A stretch of DNA of 49,105 nt from Candidatus Saccharimonadota bacterium (lineage in GTDB: Bacteria; Patescibacteriota; Saccharimonadia; Saccharimonadales; JAICHO01): NCBI GenBank assembly GCA_025924835.1, contig JAICHO010000003.1, forward strand, positions 1-49,105. The letters run 5' to 3'. Below are positions 25,507 to 34,147 of this stretch, in pieces. Position 1 is the stretch's first letter; each line of letters begins with the position of its first letter. A program made the position numbers and the translations under genes. A model generated the notes under the pieces. That model made no database searches and had not been told where the DNA came from. It saw only the letters and a list, made by a program, of their open reading frames with translations.

Positions 25507-26211
25507 ATGCACAAACGAGTTTTAATAAAATTTTCCGGAGAACAACTAAGCGGAAAATTTGAGGTGGGCATTGATCCAGAACTAGTAGGTTATTTGGCCG
25601 AAGAAGTTAAGCAAGCCGTAAATGCCGGTTGTCAGATTGTCATGATCGCTGGTGGCGGCAATATGGTCCGCGGTGCCGAAATTGCCAAGCATGGTATCAA
25701 ACGGGTCACGGGTGACCAAATGGGCATGCTCAGTGGACTTATTAATTCCATGGCTATCACTGATATTTTTGAAGCGCACGATATCCCGACCCGCTGTCTC
25801 AGCAATGTCTTCGCGCAGCAAGTAGCGGAGTCATACTCTTATCGCTTAGCCGAAAAACACCTGGAAAAAGGCCGGGTAGTAATTATTGCCGGGGGCATTG
25901 GGCGACCTTACTTTACCCACGATACGGCCGCGGTCAATTTGGCGTTGGAGCTGGACTGCCAGGCGGTATTAAAGGCTACAAAAGTAGATGGTGTTTACGA
26001 CAAAGACCCCAACCAATATCCGGATGCTCAAAAGCTGGACCATGTGAGCTATCAGCAAGCGGTAGAAGATGGCGCTATTAAGGTTATGGATAAAGCAGCA
26101 ATGGGTTTGGCAATGGAACAACATATGCCAGTTGTCGTATTTGACGCAATGCAACCGGGACATATTTTGGCAGCGGCCAATGGTGATCCTGTTGGCACCA
26201 AAATCCAATAA
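25507..26211 (+). CDS. pyrH: UMP kinase
   Basis: RVLIKFSGEQL, GGGNMVRG, and VDGVYDKDP followed by KVMD, as in the amino-acid-kinase-fold UMP kinases. Confidence 0.9.
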   Translation: MHKRVLIKFSGEQLSGKFEVGIDPELVGYLAEEVKQAVNAGCQIVMIAGGGNMVRGAEIAKHGIKRVTGDQMGMLSGLINSMAITDIFEAHDIPTRCLSNVFAQQVAESYSYRLAEKHLEKGRVVIIAGGIGRPYFTHDTAAVNLALELDCQAVLKATKVDGVYDKDPNQYPDAQKLDHVSYQQAVEDGAIKVMDKAAMGLAMEQHMPVVVFDAMQPGHILAAANGDPVGTKIQ

Positions 26212-26223
26212 TAATTGAAGGTT

Positions 26224-26252
26224 AAAAAAGAACGGCCGAGGCCGTTCTTTTT
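26224..26252. terminator. bidirectional rho-independent terminator between pyrH and the pilin gene
   Basis: AAAAAA-GAACGGC-CGAG-GCCGTTC-TTTTT is a 7-bp GC-rich stem with a 4-nt loop and A/T tracts on both sides. Confidence 0.8.
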
Positions 26253-26270
26253 GTTGCCTGAGTTAGAAAA

Positions 26271-26723
26271 CTAGTTCAGGTTTGACTTACTAAACGTAGC
26301 AGGTGTGCCTTCGTTGGTTGAAGTCAGTGTGTACTTAGTACATGTGGTGTCGTCAGCTTCACATGAGGTGTCACTGTCGTTCGTTACGTGGTACACGTAG
26401 TGTCCGGCAGTCGTAGTGTCGGTAAGATCATACGTGGTGCCTTTGGGGTCTTTCAATGCTTCTTGATCAAGACCTTTCATGTTGGTGCTGCGCCATGACG
26501 AGCTGTTCATGTCCGTAAGTGAGGGGTAGTGTTGCTTGGAAGCGTAGTAAGCCTCAATTTGACCATGCAAAGCCTTAATGTCGGTTGTACGCTCTGTGTC
26601 CCGAGCCTTTTGCTGAATACCAGTGAAGGTGGTGATAACGAGAGCGGCCAAAATACCGATCACGACAATCACGATCAAGAGTTCAACAATAGTAAAACCC
26701 TGCTGTTTAGTTTTATATGCCAT
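26271..26723 (-). CDS. type IV pilin-like protein (prepilin N-terminal methylation motif)
   Basis: MAYKTKQQGFTIVELLIVIVVIGILAALV has the class III signal peptide G|FTxxE followed by a hydrophobic helix. A purine-rich Shine-Dalgarno-like stretch lies upstream. Confidence 0.85.
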   Translation of the reverse strand: MAYKTKQQGFTIVELLIVIVVIGILAALVITTFTGIQQKARDTERTTDIKALHGQIEAYYASKQHYPSLTDMNSSSWRSTNMKGLDQEALKDPKGTTYDLTDTTTAGHYVYHVTNDSDTSCEADDTTCTKYTLTSTNEGTPATFSKSNLN

Positions 26724-26816
26724 TAGAGTGTGCCCACCCTTTCCTAAATGTTAAGTTTTTATAGTAACTGTCGCATTGTACACTAAACAGCTGGATAAGC
26801 TCAAGCGTTATTTACG

Positions 26817-27458
26817 CTACTCAGCCAGCGTTTGCCCTGGCGCCAGCACAATATACTCCGCTCCGATGTTCTGGGAACCACCCTTCAGAATGCGGTTGTT
26901 AATATCGGCCCCAATATCCGATAAAATGGCGTTATGCGTAGGGAACGCCCGCTTGGGTTTGACGGCAGTTATAAAGTCTATCGCCTCGCCTATTTTCATC
27001 CAGGGGCCGCTACTGGGCACAGCCAGGATATCAATGGGCTGATGCGGGATGGTGAATGAATCACCCGGGTAATATATAGTTTTATTTATCATCACCGCAA
27101 CGTTTTGATTTACAGGGTAAGAATCGTGAATAATGGCATGCTGGCTGCCATAAAAGTCCAAGCTGTATGGTCCACTAGCCTCCGCACTAGCGTGGGTTAC
27201 CGCTTTAGCTGGCAGCTTCTTGGTGGCCAAATCGTCAACAACCTCCTGAACAGTAAAAATTACGGCCTTGGGATTCTGTTTAATAATCTCCGCTAATTTC
27301 TCGGGATCATAATGGTCAGGATGGATATGGGTGACGACTACTGCGGTCACCTCGCTGAAATCTTTATATGACTTTGAATAAACCCCCGGGTCAACTACCA
27401 ACTTTTGACCTTGTTCTTCAATAACCAAACATGCATGCTCGTACTTTGTGATTTTCAT
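26817..27458 (-). CDS. MBL-fold metallo-hydrolase
   Basis: HxHxDH motif (VVTHIHPDHYD), plus a downstream GDS and further His residues. Confidence 0.75.
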   Translation of the reverse strand: MKITKYEHACLVIEEQGQKLVVDPGVYSKSYKDFSEVTAVVVTHIHPDHYDPEKLAEIIKQNPKAVIFTVQEVVDDLATKKLPAKAVTHASAEASGPYSLDFYGSQHAIIHDSYPVNQNVAVMINKTIYYPGDSFTIPHQPIDILAVPSSGPWMKIGEAIDFITAVKPKRAFPTHNAILSDIGADINNRILKGGSQNIGAEYIVLAPGQTLAE

Positions 27459-27490
27459 TGATCCTCCTTAGTGTAAGCGTATTTGGTAAA

Positions 27491-27580
27491 TGGCGGAGGG
27501 AGAGAGATTCGAACTCTCGATGGGACTAAACCCAAACCGCCTTTCCAAGGCGGCGCCATAGGCCACTAGGCGACCCCTCC
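27491..27580 (-). tRNA. tRNA-Ser: tRNA-Ser (anticodon GGA), CCA encoded
   Basis: Reverse complement GGAGGGGTCGCCTAGTGGCCTATGGCGCCGCCTTGGAAAGGCGGTTTGGGTTTAGTCCCATCGAGAGTTCGAATCTCTCTCCCTCCGCCA. It has a long variable arm and anticodon loop TTGGAAA. Confidence 0.9.
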
Positions 27581-27689
27581 TGAACTAGCTACTAGCATCA
27601 GCCAAAAAGCTAAAAACAGTATATCTGAAAAAAGATGAGTTTACAGCTTGAAACTTTTGTTATTAAAGAGTTACTATACATATAACGAT

Positions 27690-28568
27690 ATGCCTGTGAT
27701 CGAACTACAAGACGTCAGTAAACTGTACGGCTTCGGAGACGCTACTACCATTGCGCTCGATGAAGTCAGTTTAAAAATTGAATCCGGTGAGTTTGTGGCC
27801 GTCATGGGTCCCAGCGGTTCCGGGAAATCCACGCTCATGAATCTGCTCGGGCTGCTTGACCATCCGACCCATGGGAGTTACAAGCTGGGAGACCGATTTG
27901 TATCCCGTTTACGTCCTAACCTGCGCGCTAAAGCTCGCCGCGATACTATCGGCTTTGTGTTCCAGTCGTTTAATCTCTTGCCAAATATGACAGTGCTTGA
28001 AAATGTCGCCTTGCCGCTAGCTTACAAAGGCATGACTAAAACCCGCCGATTAAAGCAGGCTGGCCACGTATTGGAGCGCGTGGGTCTGTCTGATCGGGAA
28101 TATTTCTATCCATATCAGCTCAGCGGAGGCCAGGCGCAGCGGGCAGCCATTGCCCGGGCGCTTGTTAATAACCCCAGTATTATTATTGCTGATGAACCTA
28201 CCGGCAATCTTGACAGTGCCGCCTCGCGCGTAGTCATGGAGGTATTAAGCGACATTCACGCTTCGGGTAGCACTATTCTAATGGTGACACATAATCCCGA
28301 ACTAACTCGTTATGCCAGCCGCGTGGTCTTCATGCGTGACGGATCGATTGTGACCGATGAGCAGTCAGCCATAGGCGAATTATCAGAAACCGTCCGGCGG
28401 CGTTCATACTTTGTCCGTCACAAAACCGTGGAAGATGATTTAGCCGGTGTGTCGGCTCTGATGGGAGCGGTCCAGGATAAGGACACTCAGCCGAAAGCCG
28501 TTAAAAAGAAACGTTCATCGAAGGCTAAATCGTATAAAGCAAGAGAAAAGCGGACCAAAGCCAAATGA
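27690..28568 (+). CDS. ABC transporter ATP-binding protein (MacB/LolD type) with Lys-rich C-terminal tail
   Basis: Walker A GPSGSGKST, signature LSGGQAQR, Walker B IIIADEPTGNLD and H-loop VTHN. Start set to ATG 27690 (MPVIELQDV). The last ~70 aa are an atypical basic extension (KAVKKKRSSKAKSYKAREKRTKAK). Confidence 0.85.
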   Translation: MPVIELQDVSKLYGFGDATTIALDEVSLKIESGEFVAVMGPSGSGKSTLMNLLGLLDHPTHGSYKLGDRFVSRLRPNLRAKARRDTIGFVFQSFNLLPNMTVLENVALPLAYKGMTKTRRLKQAGHVLERVGLSDREYFYPYQLSGGQAQRAAIARALVNNPSIIIADEPTGNLDSAASRVVMEVLSDIHASGSTILMVTHNPELTRYASRVVFMRDGSIVTDEQSAIGELSETVRRRSYFVRHKTVEDDLAGVSALMGAVQDKDTQPKAVKKKRSSKAKSYKAREKRTKAK

Positions 28569-29794
28569 TAAACGTGAATACTCGAATGGCGCTCGCGTCG
28601 ATTGGCTCCGCCCGCTGGCGCAGCTTTTTAACGATGTTAGGTGTCATTATCGGCGTCCTGAGCGTGGTTACCATTGTTTCGTTAGGAGAAGGCGTCAAGC
28701 AGCAGCTGGGGGCTCAGGTTAAACGTAGCGGCCAAGATCTGCTCACTGTAAGAGGCGGCCATTTGGCGACTCGCAGTAATCAGGGCAAAATTACCAGTGT
28801 TAATTTATTAAACTTATTTGGCGGCAATGCGCTTAGTGACAGCGATTTGCAGACTATTCAAAAAGTGCCGGGGCTTAAACTGGTCGCCCCTTTCGCGGTC
28901 GTAGCCGGCGTGCCGCAGGCTGATGACGGCACGCAAGTAGAGGACGTTACCATCGTGGCTACCAATGACAAAGGTGCCGACGCGCTCAGCCAAGACGTCG
29001 TGTACGGTGGTTTTTTTGGCGCGGATGATAATAACAAACCGGTCGCTGTTATTGGTAAGCGTGTTGCCGAACGGTTGTTCCGTGCCAATGTGCCGATCGG
29101 TCGATCTTTTGAGTTGCGCGGCCAAAAATTCATAGTTCAAGGTGTATTCCAGGAATTTGATGCGAACCCCCTCACTCCTGGTATTGATTACAACCAAGCC
29201 GTCTTTGTGCCGTACGAATTCATCAAAAGATCAACCACGACGCCTCTCACGCCGTATCAAATCCTGGTACGTCCTGATAACAAACAAACGCCTCAGGCAG
29301 CCGGCCAGGCCATTACCGATACATTAAAGCAGGCGCATGGCGGTCAGGCCGACTTCACCGTTTTACAGGCAGCCGATAATATTGCCATCGCCAATAACGT
29401 GTTAAATATACTGACAAGTCTGGTGACGTCTATCGCCGGGATCTCGCTGCTGGTTGGCGGTATCGGTATTATGAATATCATGCTTGTGGCGGTATCGGAA
29501 CGCACCCATGAAATAGGCATACGCAAAAGTATTGGAGCCACGAATCGTCAGATTCTAAGCCAATTTTTGACCGAAGCCGTCGTTCTCAGTACCGTGGGGG
29601 GATTCCTTGGTGTCTTGGCGTCATTGGCGGCCAATTACTTCCTTAGGCTATTCACGAATCTACAGCCGGTTATTACCTGGCCTATCATGGGTATTGCCGT
29701 CGCCGTGGCCATTGCGGTGGGCACTTTCTTTGGGATGACGCCGGCCCTTAAAGCTGCTCGCAAGGATCCGATCGAGGCCTTGCGCAGAATTTAG
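28565..29794 (+). CDS. ABC transporter permease (MacB periplasmic domain + FtsX)
   Basis: An N-terminal TM helix, a large extracytoplasmic domain, then a C-terminal FtsX-type 3-TM module (GIGIMNIMLVAVSERTHEIGIRKSIGA). ATGA overlap with the ATPase gene. Confidence 0.85.
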   Translation: MINVNTRMALASIGSARWRSFLTMLGVIIGVLSVVTIVSLGEGVKQQLGAQVKRSGQDLLTVRGGHLATRSNQGKITSVNLLNLFGGNALSDSDLQTIQKVPGLKLVAPFAVVAGVPQADDGTQVEDVTIVATNDKGADALSQDVVYGGFFGADDNNKPVAVIGKRVAERLFRANVPIGRSFELRGQKFIVQGVFQEFDANPLTPGIDYNQAVFVPYEFIKRSTTTPLTPYQILVRPDNKQTPQAAGQAITDTLKQAHGGQADFTVLQAADNIAIANNVLNILTSLVTSIAGISLLVGGIGIMNIMLVAVSERTHEIGIRKSIGATNRQILSQFLTEAVVLSTVGGFLGVLASLAANYFLRLFTNLQPVITWPIMGIAVAVAIAVGTFFGMTPALKAARKDPIEALRRI

Positions 29795-30238
29795 ATGAAT
29801 ATAACGATTCTGGCGGTCGGCAAGCCTAAGACTGCGTATTTGGAACCGGCAATTAAGGAGTACGAGCAAAGGCTAGCCGCTAGGGTTAAGATCGCCTGGC
29901 AGTTTGTGCCTACCAGCAATAACGAAGAAGAAAGTGCGCGAATAATACGGGCCGTACCGACAGGATGCCACGTTATTCTTCTGGACGAACGCGGAGTGCC
30001 CTCTTCGACGCCGCAGCTGGCCGAGACCATTGAAATGCTGCAAAACCGCGGCACGAAGTCAGTTACATTTATAATTGGCGGCGCTCATGGGGTAAATGGG
30101 GCTGTGCGAAAAAGGGCTGATCTCGTTTGGAAACTGTCTGACCTGATATTTCCTCACGAACTTGTTCGACTGATACTCATAGAGCAGCTTTACCGTGCCT
30201 ACGACTTAAACCATGGCGGCAACTACCACCATGTGTAA
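29795..30238 (+). CDS. rlmH: 23S rRNA (pseudouridine1915-N3)-methyltransferase RlmH
   Basis: The ~150-aa SPOUT protein has ILAVGKPK, ILLDERG, FIIGGAHG and LIEQLYRAY motifs. It starts immediately after the permease stop codon. Confidence 0.8.
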   Translation: MNITILAVGKPKTAYLEPAIKEYEQRLAARVKIAWQFVPTSNNEEESARIIRAVPTGCHVILLDERGVPSSTPQLAETIEMLQNRGTKSVTFIIGGAHGVNGAVRKRADLVWKLSDLIFPHELVRLILIEQLYRAYDLNHGGNYHHV

Positions 30239-30279
30239 AAGTCAAAACAAATTCGGCGCCTACCTGACAGCTGGTTGAT

Positions 30280-30308
30280 TTGACATATAAACCATCTTGG
30301 TTTATAAT
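30280..30308 (+). promoter_or_regulatory. consensus sigma70 promoter TTGACA-17-TATAAT (leaderless start)
   Basis: TTGACA at 30280..30285, a 17-nt spacer, then TATAAT at 30303..30308. ATG 30315 is 6 nt downstream with no Shine-Dalgarno. The track TTG start (30297) lies inside the promoter. Confidence 0.7.
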
Positions 30309-30314
30309 ATTAAT

Positions 30315-31094
30315 ATGACGAATGCTGAATCTGGGACCTTACCAGTTAAGTCACTTGACCAGTGGGTAAACGCTTTGTACGCAATGTATGAACAACCTAC
30401 GAATGTTCAACGTATTTTATGGGCTGATATGTACCAAGAGTCTGATTGCCTTGATATTACCGAGGCAGTTTCGGCTGACTTTCCAGAGGCGCAGTATCTC
30501 ACTGGTGAGAGTGTATTGCCAGTTATGAAGCTAGGCGAAGCGGCACTAGCAAAGTGGATAGTATTGCCACCAGTGATATGTGACATGGCGCGTATAAGCA
30601 GTGATTTTGTTGATAAATTAGACGGACGTACTGCACGGGGGCATAGGTTTGTCGGCTTACCCGCACGTTTAGGAAGTGTAAATTTTGGTTGGCATATTGA
30701 TGGCGTACTCGGGCCTTCACATGTAAATCATTTGACGGCTTATGGAAAGAGAGAGGGTAGTTTTATCAAGATTACTGACGAGGCGAGGATTCGGGCTATA
30801 GCTGCAAAAGAGGTGGTCCCGAACCAGGACGAAATAGAGGCTGCAGTACATCTGACACTCGATGCGCCCACGCTTGTAACCTTTTCTCCAAACTACAGAT
30901 CAGATCGTGGTATATTCCCTGACATGCACGAATTCCATAATCTCCAAGCCGGAAGCGTGTCCTATGTTTTAAATCAACGGGAACTCAATGATAAGGCGTT
31001 GGTAGTTTTTGAACGAATAGTAGAGCGCGTCCCTGCCCTGGCTGCATATCATCCAGAAGAAGTTGCTAAGCGTACTGTCGCATTCGCGAAATAG
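30315..31094 (+). CDS. hypothetical protein (possible HxD...H metal site)
   Basis: ORF-track frame, with the start moved to ATG 30315. Contains FGWHIDG and PDMHEFH. Otherwise unrecognised. Confidence 0.55.
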   Translation: MTNAESGTLPVKSLDQWVNALYAMYEQPTNVQRILWADMYQESDCLDITEAVSADFPEAQYLTGESVLPVMKLGEAALAKWIVLPPVICDMARISSDFVDKLDGRTARGHRFVGLPARLGSVNFGWHIDGVLGPSHVNHLTAYGKREGSFIKITDEARIRAIAAKEVVPNQDEIEAAVHLTLDAPTLVTFSPNYRSDRGIFPDMHEFHNLQAGSVSYVLNQRELNDKALVVFERIVERVPALAAYHPEEVAKRTVAFAK

Positions 31095-31140
31095 CTTACT
31101 CTCTTTAAATTTTCAACCCAACATGAATGAATGTTTGTGC

Positions 31141-31869
31141 TTACCTGTGTTCGGGGTTTTCGTAATCAAAGTGGTCGCCGGCGTCCCATTTGCTTCTTTG
31201 GTTGCCATGGGCTGGAATTCCGCCACTTGTTTTTAGCATTTTTGCCAGGTGCATCAGGTTCCAGGTCATAAATGTCGTATTGCGGTTAGTAAAATCATTG
31301 CTTAGACCTACTACTGTACCGTCATCGAGTTTGTCGCCATAACTTGGACCCGGTCCGGCCTCGCCTATCCAGCCAGCGTCAGCTTGCGGCGGTATGGTGT
31401 AGCCAATGTGCTGCAGGCTGTATAGGACATCCATGGCACAGTGCTTAATGCCATCTTCGTTACCGGTGATTAAGCAACCCCCAGCCTTGCCGTAGTATGC
31501 GTACTGACCGGCACTGTTCAGCTCGGAAGAGTTGGCATACAACCGTTCAATGATCTTTTTAGTCTGTGAGCTGTTGTCGCCCAGCCAAATCGGGCCTGCC
31601 AAGATCAAAATGTCAGCGGCTTGAACTTTTTTGTACATTTCCGGCCATGCGTCCGTTTCCCAACCATATTCACGCATATCGGGATACACTCCGGTAGCAA
31701 TATCATGATCAATCGGTCGGATAAGTTCGGTGCTGACGCCGTGCTTCTCCATGATGTCTTTACTTATATTAATAAGCAGGTCGGTATGGCTCGGCTCCGG
31801 TGATTTTTTAAGCGTACAATTGAAATACAGAGCCCGCAACCCACTAAAATCCCAAGTATCGTCAGACAT
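31141..31869 (-). CDS. flavodoxin-fold NAD(P)H-dependent FMN oxidoreductase-like protein
   Basis: LYFNCTLKKSPEPSHT and AADILILAGPIWLGDNSS resemble the FMN-reductase/NQO-type fold. AAGGGGGA lies upstream of the ATG. Confidence 0.6.
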   Translation of the reverse strand: MSDDTWDFSGLRALYFNCTLKKSPEPSHTDLLINISKDIMEKHGVSTELIRPIDHDIATGVYPDMREYGWETDAWPEMYKKVQAADILILAGPIWLGDNSSQTKKIIERLYANSSELNSAGQYAYYGKAGGCLITGNEDGIKHCAMDVLYSLQHIGYTIPPQADAGWIGEAGPGPSYGDKLDDGTVVGLSNDFTNRNTTFMTWNLMHLAKMLKTSGGIPAHGNQRSKWDAGDHFDYENPEHR

Positions 31870-32016
31870 AATATCCCCCTTTACCTGACTCTAGTATGAG
31901 AACTTTAGCTATGACTTGCAAGTATGCGGATGATTGGAGTGATCAAAGGGCCTAACGATCTAATATCGCAACCATAGCCTCGGTGCGGTATTGCAGAGAG
32001 TGATTGCCAGTAAAAG

Positions 32017-32163
32017 CTAGACTGATCTGCGCCCGGTGATCATATTGTAGATAAATACTATCAATGCAATGACCAGCAGTATATGGATCAGTCCGCCGCC
32101 AATATGCGCGATAAAACCCAGTAGCCACAAAACAACTAGAACCGCAATTATTGTCCACAACAT
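32017..32163 (-). CDS. small two-helix membrane protein (lmo0937/DUF5670-like), 48 aa
   Basis: Below the ORF-track size cut-off. GGAGAAACGT precedes the ATG. Translation is MLWTIIAVLVVLWLLGFIAHIGGGLIHILLVIALIVFIYNMITGRRSV. The listed 31952..32158 ORF is an out-of-frame shadow. Confidence 0.6.
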   Translation of the reverse strand: MLWTIIAVLVVLWLLGFIAHIGGGLIHILLVIALIVFIYNMITGRRSV

Positions 32164-32257
32164 ACGTTTCTCCTTATCCGATATTAGTTGATAATAAAAC
32201 TATAAGGTTAGCGTAGCGTAATAGCTGTAATATAGTTCACTACGGTTAACAATATTG

Positions 32258-32539
32258 TTAATGGCGTCCCTGATAGTCGGTTTGGGCTTGTTTGGCAAGC
32301 GCGATGCATTCTTCCGGCTTATAGCCCAAATCATCACACCACCTTATGGCCGAAAAGATAATATTCCCTAACTCTTTTTGGAGCTCGGCTTCATCTACGA
32401 TTTTGCCTTCGGATTTATCGCGGACGTAACGATGTATATCACCCACCGCTACGCCATTGGCAATAACGATTTCTTCTAGCGACATACGTTTTGTTCCCCA
32501 GATTTTGCGGGCCTCGTGCAGTAGTTCTTGTATAGTCAT
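32258..32539 (-). CDS. MazG-like family protein (small NTP-pyrophosphohydrolase fold)
   Basis: 93-aa all-helical ORF. VGDIHRYVRD...LQKELGNIIFSAIRWCDDLGYKPEECI resembles MazG-like single-domain proteins. Confidence 0.45.
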   Translation of the reverse strand: MTIQELLHEARKIWGTKRMSLEEIVIANGVAVGDIHRYVRDKSEGKIVDEAELQKELGNIIFSAIRWCDDLGYKPEECIALAKQAQTDYQGRH

Positions 32540-32566
32540 GTGCTTTTTCGTATGAAGTATCCGGGT

Positions 32567-33175
32567 CTAATAACTTTGGGCTTGTTGCAAATAACTGACC
32601 AGCTGTTGGGAATTTTCGGTGCAATTTTTGTCTACATAGATGTAAAGTGTTTTGCCATTGGCGAGTTGTTTAGTACCGGCTTTAGATAAGTAGTCACTTT
32701 CTTGGTCGTATATGTCCTTAAAGGTTAAGACGGTCTGTCGCCCGCACGCCTGAGCCTTTGGAACCTGCTTGAATATATCTTCCAGCGTATTCGCGGTTCG
32801 TATCCCAGCTATACCGGTGCCAAGGCTCAAGTCGGTCGTGATTTGCAAGCGTTCGTCTTGCTGATCGTAATTGTAGCGGATGCCTTGGACATTAGTTGGA
32901 TAAGGGGGTAATACTAGGTGCGGTTCGGGCAAGTACACTTTGCTGCTGGCTCCATCTACCACGGCTGGCTTCTCCAGGTTTTTAATACTGTCAATAATCA
33001 TGCTGGATAGGTCCCGATTTTCCAGATAGTTTACCCGTCGCCACATTTCTTTATCGTAGATAATTTGTGCCGATATTAGCCCCACGAGCAACAAGCCGAC
33101 CACAACCAATCCCGCCACACACCAATTAAACTTAAGTTTTGACGCACGTGTCTTTGATTTTTTTAGATTTTTCAT
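32567..33175 (-). CDS. membrane-anchored hypothetical protein
   Basis: N-terminal basic stretch plus a TM helix (WCVAGLVVVGLLLVGLISAQII). The extracytoplasmic remainder is unrecognised. Confidence 0.6.
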   Translation of the reverse strand: MKNLKKSKTRASKLKFNWCVAGLVVVGLLLVGLISAQIIYDKEMWRRVNYLENRDLSSMIIDSIKNLEKPAVVDGASSKVYLPEPHLVLPPYPTNVQGIRYNYDQQDERLQITTDLSLGTGIAGIRTANTLEDIFKQVPKAQACGRQTVLTFKDIYDQESDYLSKAGTKQLANGKTLYIYVDKNCTENSQQLVSYLQQAQSY

Positions 33176-33339
33176 AATTTTTCTATGTTAGTTAACTATT
33201 GGCTCCATAATATCCCGGCCGACAGGCTTTGACAATAGTAGTTGCTTGTTGGTTTGTTGAAGCAGTGTGGTGTCTCGCCAACTGGACAATAAAAGCAAAT
33301 AGATTCATACTGGAGATAATTCCTTATTTGATATAAAAA

Positions 33340-34080
33340 ATGATAACAAAACTCATCATCCCATCTTCTGCCAGGCAGTTTGTGAAAAACTACCGACTAC
33401 CGTTGGTTGCAACGGCGGTGTTTATCGTGGTTGCTCTTTTTCTATTTTTTAGCCGGCTGCATGATAGGTCAGCTTTGGGCCAGATATTGGCAGTCAATAA
33501 TTCCGCTGGTCAAGATTACGCCGGTCTTCTCAGTAATGATAAGGCCGATGATTTTCAGAAGCATGACGTTGGTTCCGATATAAACGCTACGCCGAACAAC
33601 AGCACTAAATCAACTACAGCAACACCTTCAACTTCGCCCTCGGTGTCACCGTCGGCAACTTCCGAAACTGTAGCCATTACGCCCGTGGATCCCTCGCCCG
33701 GAACCGGCGGCACCCCTACCCCGGTCGGTCCTTTTACGGCGTCAATTACCACCTTCAAACAAGACCAGGCAGCCACACTTCAATGTCCCAATGGCTCACT
33801 CGCCAACCTGTCTAAGTGCACCAAGACGTATAGTTTTGCCGCGACTATCCAAACCGCCAATGGACCCGGCACCGTAAAATATAATTGGCAGTATAGTGTA
33901 AGCGGATCGTCCAATGGTGAGTTTGCGGCCGGCACTGGCACGAATTCCACCACGCTGCATAACACAGTAACTCTATCGTGCAAAAGTTCTAGTACCTTCA
34001 CTGCCCAGTTTTTAATTACCAGTCCAGCTGCTACGCAGTCACCAACCCTACAGATAAACCATAACTGTCTATTCGGCTAG
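33340..34080 (+). CDS. membrane-anchored/secreted protein with Ser/Thr/Pro-rich linker
   Basis: TM helix (LPLVATAVFIVVALFLFF), an STP-rich region (TPNNSTKSTTATPSTSPSVSPSATSETVAITPVDPSPGTGGTPTP), then a Cys-containing C-terminal domain. Confidence 0.6.
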   Translation: MITKLIIPSSARQFVKNYRLPLVATAVFIVVALFLFFSRLHDRSALGQILAVNNSAGQDYAGLLSNDKADDFQKHDVGSDINATPNNSTKSTTATPSTSPSVSPSATSETVAITPVDPSPGTGGTPTPVGPFTASITTFKQDQAATLQCPNGSLANLSKCTKTYSFAATIQTANGPGTVKYNWQYSVSGSSNGEFAAGTGTNSTTLHNTVTLSCKSSSTFTAQFLITSPAATQSPTLQINHNCLFG

Positions 34081-34147
34081 TCACAGAGCTGTGCCACGAA
34101 CCATCAATCTCTGGTATTAGTTGCTCTCGTTCATTACAATAACGGTA

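Noticed and set aside
31952-32158. 68-aa reverse-strand ORF (GTG start)
   Set aside because: It overlaps, out of frame, a much more convincing 48-codon membrane-protein ORF that has a GGAG RBS.
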